Assembly: GCF_006345805.1 (NCBI RefSeq)
Contig: NW_021825580.1
Span: 1 to 15,120, forward strand
DNA: 15,120 nt
Reading direction: 5' to 3'
Source of the DNA: Octopus sinensis
Lineage: Eukaryota
The position numbers were made by a program, and so were the translations under genes. Shown here piece by piece: positions 9,198 through 15,120 of this stretch. The notes beneath the pieces are model-generated. The model did not search any database, was not told where the DNA came from, and saw nothing but the letters and a program-made list of their open reading frames with translations. Numbering within the stretch: position 1 is the stretch's first letter; each line of letters opens with the position of its first letter.

Positions 9198-9668
9198 TGT
9201 CTTGGTATAAAAGATGGGCTACAGCAAATATTCTGCTCAATACCACAGATTTGCTTGTCAGTTGTTTGACCTTAACCAGTTGAGCATGTCCCTTAGTGGC
9301 TGACGATATGTGCATCTCTGATCACGAGTAGAAGTAGTGGGGGAGCATCATAGCCATGTGTTGAGAGGGATTCTTTGGGGTTTGAATAGTTCACCTCTGG
9401 AAACATGGGTGGTTCTTTCAACATCCTTAAACAACCCTTATTCAGGGACCGTTTGAGCGGGATGGGCTACTCAACCTGAAGAAAATTCTAACTGGGCCCC
9501 ACCTGCAAGGTCATGTGCTGTTATCTTGATATGAGATCAATGTGGCGCACATATGGTTGTGATGCATGTGCCTGGTGTACCTTTATCAGACGGTAGTCAT
9601 GATGGGTATATTGGGCTTCGTATATTTTACCCCAGTGTCACTTTGATGGCATGAACTGCCTCTCACTC
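9198..9668. mobile_element. 471-bp unclassified insert between (AAT)n arrays, probably an interspersed repeat
   Basis: Complex, more GC-balanced block with sharp boundaries, flanked on both sides by AAT arrays carrying the same GATAACGAT interruption. No TIR, tRNA head or credible ORF seen. Confidence 0.55.
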
Positions 9669-9733
9669 AATAATAATAATAATAATAATAATGATAACGA
9701 TAATAATAATAATAATAATATAATGATAACGAC

Positions 9734-9792
<59 letters not shown>

Positions 9793-9837
9793 TAACAATA
9801 ATAACAACAATAATAACACAACAACAACAACAACAAC

Positions 9838-9880
<43 letters not shown>
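9669..9880. repeat. (AAT)n/(AAC)n compound microsatellite
   Basis: Direct; explains the poly-I/Y/L/N ORFs at 9638-9959. Confidence 0.95.
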
Positions 9881-9881
9881 T

Positions 9882-10545
9882 GATAAGCAAAATGAAATAC
9901 TCTCTGAACCAACCATAATCACTAAGGCAGATGAAAATCAAATAAATGAAGAAAGTCACACAGAAATTGACCCAACTGAACTAAATGATCTAAAAATAAA
10001 ATCATGATTGAATGGCGGAAAATTAAGGAAACCAGTATGAATGAACGTGACACTCTCCCAAAATTTCGCAATTTTAACCAAAACCTGAAAATAATTGGTA
10101 AAATCCGCCTTGCACTTAAGGATATAATTTCAGCTACTGATGTTGATATTACAGATCTCAACCACCTGAACTATGCATCCGCGAAAGTTTCAACGATTCT
10201 ATGTGGTGAAAAGATTAGAAAACGACAAAATTCTCACAAAAAGCCTACTTGGAAGAGAAGAGTGTATTCAACACCAAATTCAGCTAATTATGTCGAACAT
10301 AGAATATTTGAAAAACCTTATGTTTGACAAGACTATCAAACCAGCAAAAATACGAAAATTAACGGTGTGCTAAAGCTGCCCACATAGCAAGGTATGAAAA
10401 GTGCGTTAGATACTTCAAGGCATGCAAAAATACCGCAAGGTTTACAGGAAGAAGGGAAAAATAACCCGAAAAAAAAGAAACAAGGAAAAAAAAAAAAATA
10501 CCAGTTACAGTAAAGTCTCTCCCATTAAAAGAAGTGCAGGAATTT
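9882..10545 (+). pseudogene. Decayed N-terminal ORF region of an R4/Dong-clade non-LTR retrotransposon
   Basis: Joined frames read ...ERDTLPKF...ITDLNHLNYASA...KKPTWKRR (4-nt insertion 10262-10265) IQHQIQLIMSNIEYL...RKL / AKAAHIARYEKCVRYFK (10369-10419) / IPVTVKSLPLKEVQEF (10498-10545). This matches in order the ERxxLPK, LNxLxYAxA, PxWKRR, AKAxRIxRY and PxKEExxxFW motifs I recognise upstream of the RT in R4-clade ORFs. The RT itself is absent. Confidence 0.72.
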
Positions 10546-10608
10546 TATATATATATATATATATATAATGTTTGTAATATAATATGTGACAATCATTCAG
10601 TTGCCATA

Positions 10609-10667
10609 ATAAAACTCCAAGTTTCGGAAGTCGAGGCGGAAGGCTGCACCGGCATCTCTTCAGTTAT
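10609..10667 (-). ncRNA. Candidate type-I hammerhead ribozyme in the left arm of the fold-back
   Basis: Minus strand reads ATAA-CTGAAGA-GATG...CTTC-C-GAAAC-TTGGA-GTT-TTAT. The core is intact, helix I is ATAA/TTAT and helix III is ACT/AGT. Confidence 0.5.
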
Positions 10668-10963
10668 CGAGGCAATTAAAATATGCTATGAAAATGACCG
10701 TTAAATAAGGGGAAAAAAGCGAAGGGGAGGAAGTAAGGAGTAAAGGAGCAAGAAAGCTCATAGCAATCGTATGTGCGTACATTCTCATACACGCGATTGC
10801 TATGATCTTTCTTGCTCCTTTACTTTTTACTTCTTCCCCTTCGGTTTTTTTTCCGTTATTAAACGGTCATTCTGATAGATCTTTTGTCTTAATAACGGTC
10901 TTAATTACATAGTAATTTCCCTTTGTTTAACGGTCATTTTCATAGCATATTTTAATTGCCTCG

Positions 10964-11022
10964 ATAACTGAAGAGATACCGGTGCAGCTTTCCGCCCCGA
11001 CATCCGAAACTCGGTGTTTTAT
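10964..11022 (+). ncRNA. Candidate type-I hammerhead ribozyme in the right arm of the fold-back
   Basis: ATAA-CTGAAGA(10968-10974)-GAT...ATC-C-GAAAC(11006-11010)-TCGGT-GTT(11016-11018)-TTAT. The core is intact and helix II is imperfect. Confidence 0.5.
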
Positions 11023-11132
11023 TATGGCAACTGAATAATTGTCACATATATATATATGACAATAAATTCCTCTACGTATATCGAGGTCTCTTCATTCTTT
11101 TTGTTATCTACCATTACTATTTATATCTATGT

Positions 11133-11137
<5 letters not shown>

Positions 11138-11198
<61 letters not shown>

Positions 11199-11260
11199 TA
11201 CATATATATATACACATATATATATACATATATATATATTCAATATATATATACATATAC

Positions 11261-11303
<43 letters not shown>

Positions 11304-11330
11304 TACATATATATATATATACATATATAC

Positions 11331-11362
<32 letters not shown>

Positions 11363-11500
11363 AGGTATGTATGTATATATATAGATGTATGTATATATAT
11401 ATGTATATATTTATATATGTATATATATATATATGTATGTATATATAAATGTATATATGAATATATTTATGTATGTATATATATGTATGTATATATGTCT
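11138..11500. repeat. Large degenerate (TA)n/(TACA)n/(TATG)n microsatellite
   Basis: Direct; explains the ORFs at 11056-11567. Confidence 0.95.
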
Positions 11501-11518
11501 TTGTGTGTCTTTTCTGTC

Positions 11519-11683
11519 GGTGTGTGAAGGCCTCCGTAACTCAGCGGTTCGACAAAAAGACCGATAGAATAAATACTAGGCTTAAGGAATAAATCCTGGG
11601 TTCGAACTGTGCGACAAAAACTCTTGAAGGCGGTGCTCCAGCATGGCCGCAGTTAAATGACAGAAAAAAATCACTGAAAGAAT
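11519..11683 (+). mobile_element. 3' portion of SINE family A
   Basis: Collinear with 13570-13740 (CCGTAACT-AGCG-TTCG-CAAA-GACCGATAGAATAA-TACTAGGCTT...GCTCCAGCATGGCC). Confidence 0.88.
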
Positions 11684-11752
11684 ATATATACATATATACA
11701 TATATCCATACATGCATACATACATACATACGCACACATATGTATATACATA

Positions 11753-11805
<53 letters not shown>

Positions 11806-11818
11806 TATATAATATATT
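11684..11818. repeat. (TACA)n/(TA)n microsatellite
   Basis: Direct. Confidence 0.92.
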
Positions 11819-12119
11819 CTAGTCATATATAAAACTTGCTGGGAAAGCCTATTAGAAGCTGTCAAATTATGAACAAGCTTCATATTTTTTAATTATATAA
11901 AATATCGGTTAAAATACACTTTCAAGACTGCGAGAGAAAAGGGACAGATATGTACGCATACTTACACACGTACAATTGAGAATACGCACGAACATGCTAG
12001 CATACATCCACACTCATGCACATTGACACATGCCCACAAAAAGACACACTAAAATAGACACACACACACATACCAATGAATACATAGGTTTACAGCCAGA
12101 AAATAATCAATACAACCAA

Positions 12120-12240
12120 TGGCTTCTCTACCGGTGTTCATATAGTTGGAGAGATTTTTCTCTCTCTAGCATCAAACATCTTATCACGGGTATTCCCCAA
12201 GGATCCGTCATCTATACACTCCTGTATGTAATTTATTCAC
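12120..12240 (+). pseudogene. LINE reverse-transcriptase relic (Jockey/CR1/L2/I-group type PQG motif)
   Basis: Within ORF 12030..12260: R-CSYSWRDFSLSSIKHLIT-GIPQGSVIYTLLYVIY (GIPQGS at 12189-12206). This matches the RxQxVxxxGxxSxxxxVxSGVPQGSVLGPLLFxIY motif, including the R-to-G spacing. No YADD follows in frame. Confidence 0.6.
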
Positions 12241-12504
12241 TTTACCTATCATATTTTTAGCTGTAGTGTTCGTTATTACTATGTGTTTAAATTATTTCGT
12301 TTTCTGCACTTTTATCGAAATTTTTCCAATTCGTTATAACAATCTCACATCATTACCGATAGAGATGTCAAAACCGACCGTATATTCATCCGTATTCTAT
12401 AAAATATATAATATGACGATTACTTATACCTGTAATGAAATTAAACGCTGTCTCAGAACGTCGGATATTTTTTATATAGACATATATATGTGTGTGCGTA
12501 GGGG

Positions 12505-12528
12505 TATGTGTGTTTGTGTGTGTGTGTG

Positions 12529-12569
<41 letters not shown>

Positions 12570-12608
12570 CGTGCGTGTGTTCATGGTATATATATATATA
12601 TATATATA
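12505..12608. repeat. (TG)n/(TGCG)n/(TA)n microsatellite
   Basis: Direct. Confidence 0.93.
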
Positions 12609-12693
12609 GGTTTAAGAGACAGAATCACCATCAAGCAACTCAATCATCATTGAATGACATTACCACAATAGGTACATATAGGACTAAATATTT

Positions 12694-12767
12694 AAATTAT
12701 CAAAATTAAAACCTACAATTCTTATTTCAAATTATCAAAATTAATACCTTCAATTCTTATTTCAAAT
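12694..12767. repeat. 35-bp tandem duplication (2 copies, 2 mismatches)
   Basis: 12694-12728 vs 12729-12763: AAATTATCAAAATTAA(A/T)ACCT(A/T)CAATTCTTATTTC. Confidence 0.92.
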
Positions 12768-13306
12768 CATACTCATTACTACGCGCGTTTCATGACAACA
12801 TATTCCTCGATATTGCTGAAATAGAATGTCTCTAAATACCATATTAAAACGATTATATTGCCAATCTTCAGGTCTAGCATATATGAACTTATTTTGCTAT
12901 TTACATCCTATATACATGACAAACTAAAATTATATAACTAGAAGTTGTTGGAATAATTTTAGTTTAGTAAATAATGAACTTTTATTCCACATTTCTGAAG
13001 AGTAGCCTGCTGTGGATCAGTTTCGATGTTCCGCTCGCTGTGAAATTTATGAAGCCCAGATATTTTCTACTCCACTCCTTAACTCTTGTATTTTATTCGC
13101 ATGCCTGGCAGCCCTGCCTACCTACCGTGAAATATTAAAATATTTTTCAGCTTACCATACTTTCATAGGGAAAAAATCTACAACCTCCCGCCTCAATAAA
13201 CCACTATTATTCCTGAAAGATGTTTCCTCATATTTTGTACGGTTTGCTTGAAGCTAACCTTCTTCCTCCACCTCAATCCTTGGATCTTACATTTACAGAT
13301 ATAAAT

Positions 13307-13341
<35 letters not shown>

Positions 13342-13737
13342 AGCGCAGGAGTGGCGGTGTGGTACGTAGCTTGCTAACCAGCCACATGGTTCCGGGTTCA
13401 GTCCCACTGCGTGGCACCTTGGGCAATGTCTTCTTCTATAGCCTCGGGTTGACCAAAGCCTTATGAGTGGATTGGTAGATGGAAACTGAAAGAAGCCCAT
13501 CATATATACATATGCGTGTGTATATGTCTGTATGTGCGTCCCCACCAACATGGCTTGACAACCAATGCTGGTGTGTTTAAGTCCCCGTAACTTAGCGTTT
13601 CGGCAAACGAGACCGATAGAATAAGTACTAGGCTTACAAAAAATAAGTCCTGGGGTGGATTTGCTCGACTAAAGGCGGGGCTCCAGCATGGCCCCAGTCA
13701 AAATGACTGAAACAAGTAAAAGAATAAAAGAATAGAA

Positions 13738-13740
<3 letters not shown>
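13342..13740 (+). mobile_element. Full-length tRNA-derived SINE family A (CORE-like), within a (TA)n tract
   Basis: A-box-like TGGCGGTGTGG 13352-13362, B-box-like GTTCAGTCC 13396-13404, CORE-like GTGGCACCTTGGGCAATGTC 13411-13430, an internal TA/TG microsatellite and an AAAAGAAT-type tail. TA arrays on both flanks. Consistent with the described octopus tRNA-derived SINEs (OK/OR1/OR2); exact family not assigned. Confidence 0.92.
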
Positions 13741-13776
<36 letters not shown>

Positions 13777-13782
<6 letters not shown>

Positions 13783-13884
13783 TGAATTGAAGAAATGGAG
13801 TTGAACGAAGATTGAACAGAAATCGTTTTATAAAACGATTTCTGCTCAATCTTCGTTCAACTCCCTTTCTTCAATTCACTAATA
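13777..13884. repeat. 108-bp spacer-less palindrome (54-bp arms, 2 mismatches)
   Basis: Centre between 13830 and 13831 (CGTTTTA|TAAAACG). Mismatched pairs are only 13796/13865 and 13816/13845. TA at both ends. Confidence 0.95.
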
Positions 13885-14039
13885 ATATTAAAATTCAATT
13901 ATCCGAACCAACGCACGGTAGCAACACCATATGGTTGTACCTCCAGCCGTGCTGTCTTCTGCTGTGATTTTTGCTACCAAGGTATCGGTTAAACTTTTGA
14001 TTAATCTGCAACAAGATTATTCATCTTTCTATGTCACAA

Positions 14040-14054
14040 AATATATATATATAT

Positions 14055-14145
<91 letters not shown>

Positions 14146-14183
14146 TGTATATATATGCATATATATATATATATATATATATA
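14040..14183. repeat. (TA)n-(TAGA)22-(TA)n microsatellite
   Basis: TAGA units 14056-14143. Confidence 0.95.
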
Positions 14184-14540
14184 CTCACATGTAAACACCG
14201 TTTTCACAAATGAGAGCATCCATAATTTAGCAGTATTTACAAATATTAATCATAATCTAGTATAAATGTGCGCGCGCACATGCACATACGCATGCGTACA
14301 GCTATAATAATGGTATTTCCTCAAAGGAGGATGTCTCCATTTAGAATATCAAAACACAACAATTGATCAGAGGATTATTTCAAACCAATGAAAATTCTCT
14401 AAATTTAGTTTCGTTTAACATACTGCAACAATAGACCCTCTACAAAGCTCTAATCTAATTTCCAACCCCGAAATAGGGATGTAAAATTTAGTAGCTGTAA
14501 TAAAAGTATCAATGATCATCCCAAAATATATTTTTGCTTC

Positions 14541-14760
14541 TCTTTAATCTTTTATTTGTTTCATTTGATTGGTGCTACACTGCGTCACAGCCTTGTACGG
14601 TTTGTCGTCGTCTGAATCAATCCCTGTACACATTTTCCAAGCCCAACACTCATTTTATCGATATCTTTTCCTTCTAAGCGTGGTACTTATACTATCGCTT
14701 TCTTTTTGCCGAACAGCTAATTCAAGGAGCCATAGACGAACCAACATCAGTTGTTAAGCG
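14541..14760 (-). mobile_element. Old, degenerate 3' portion of SINE family A
   Basis: TAAGCGTGGTACTTATACTATCG...TTTGCCGAACAGCTAA...CCAACATCAGTTGTTAAGC and TCTTTTATTTGTTTCATTTGATTG match the reverse complement of 13555-13730, with unrelated sequence between. Confidence 0.7.
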
Positions 14761-15028
14761 TTTTCTCAAAGAGTTCTATTACAAACCTATACAAGCGTGT
14801 GAAAAGCAGAACAGAAATTTAGAAGAGAGCATCTATAAACTAGTTACTTTTTAAACATCGAATGACTAGGGGACTCCACCAGACTGAAATAAATATCAAA
14901 AGGGTCCATAGGTAAAAATTGCTGAGTACCGCTGAGATAAACAGACAGGCAGACAAAGTAAAAAAGGGCGGAGTACTAAGTAAAAATGGAGAGGGTGTGT
15001 AAGGGTATAACGTCTGTTTTGTATATAC

Positions 15029-15120
15029 CTATTACTTTATTACCCACAAGGGGCTAAACACAGAGGGGACAAACAAGGACAGACATAGGTATTAAGTCGA
15101 TTACATCGACCCCAGTGCGT
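15029..15120 (-). mobile_element. SINE family B 3' part, cut by the window edge
   Basis: ACCCACAAGGGGCTAAACACAGAGGGGACAAACAAGGACAGAC...AAGTCGATTACATCGAC, as in 7886-7960. Confidence 0.92.

Larger units (their letters stand above)
10585..11046. mobile_element. 462-bp fold-back element (MITE-like; possibly inverted PLE pLTRs)
   Basis: Outer arms 10585-10715 / 10916-11046 pair ungapped with 9 mismatches in 131 nt. Inner arms are 10711-10769 / 10794-10854, with a 24-nt centre. Termini are TGT...ACA, with TA on both flanks. Confidence 0.9.

Noticed and set aside
12995-13051. CTGAAGA...GAAA as a hammerhead
   Set aside because: Helix II is wobble-only at the base, the would-be triplet is AUG (not NUH), and there is no helix I.
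13000-13200. Minus-strand KIQELRSGVENIW resembling a Tc1 transposase C-terminus
   Set aside because: Upstream FQQDN and DLNPIE motifs are not recoverable at the right spacing, and no TIRs were found.
98-14219. Numerous I/Y/C/V/H/T/N-rich ORFs in the track (e.g. 4166..4504, 8940..9269, 11056..11448)
   Set aside because: They are translations of TA, CA, AAT and TAGA microsatellites that happen to lack stops.

Overview
AT-rich, microsatellite-dense eukaryotic intronic or intergenic DNA, most likely from an octopus or other coleoid cephalopod (inferred from the tRNA-derived SINE families and the repeat landscape; not database-checked). No intact protein-coding gene is supported, and most ORFs in the track are simple-repeat artefacts. 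The window holds at least three tRNA-derived SINE families (full-length, nested, dimeric and fragmentary copies), two oppositely oriented non-autonomous Helitrons, and a decayed R4/Dong-clade LINE ORF abutting an (AAT)n array. It also has small LINE RT relics, a 462-bp fold-back element and a 108-bp spacer-less palindrome. The most notable signal is five type-I hammerhead-ribozyme-like motifs of three sequence families, resembling those of Penelope-like elements. Two of them sit in the two arms of the fold-back element, on opposite strands.
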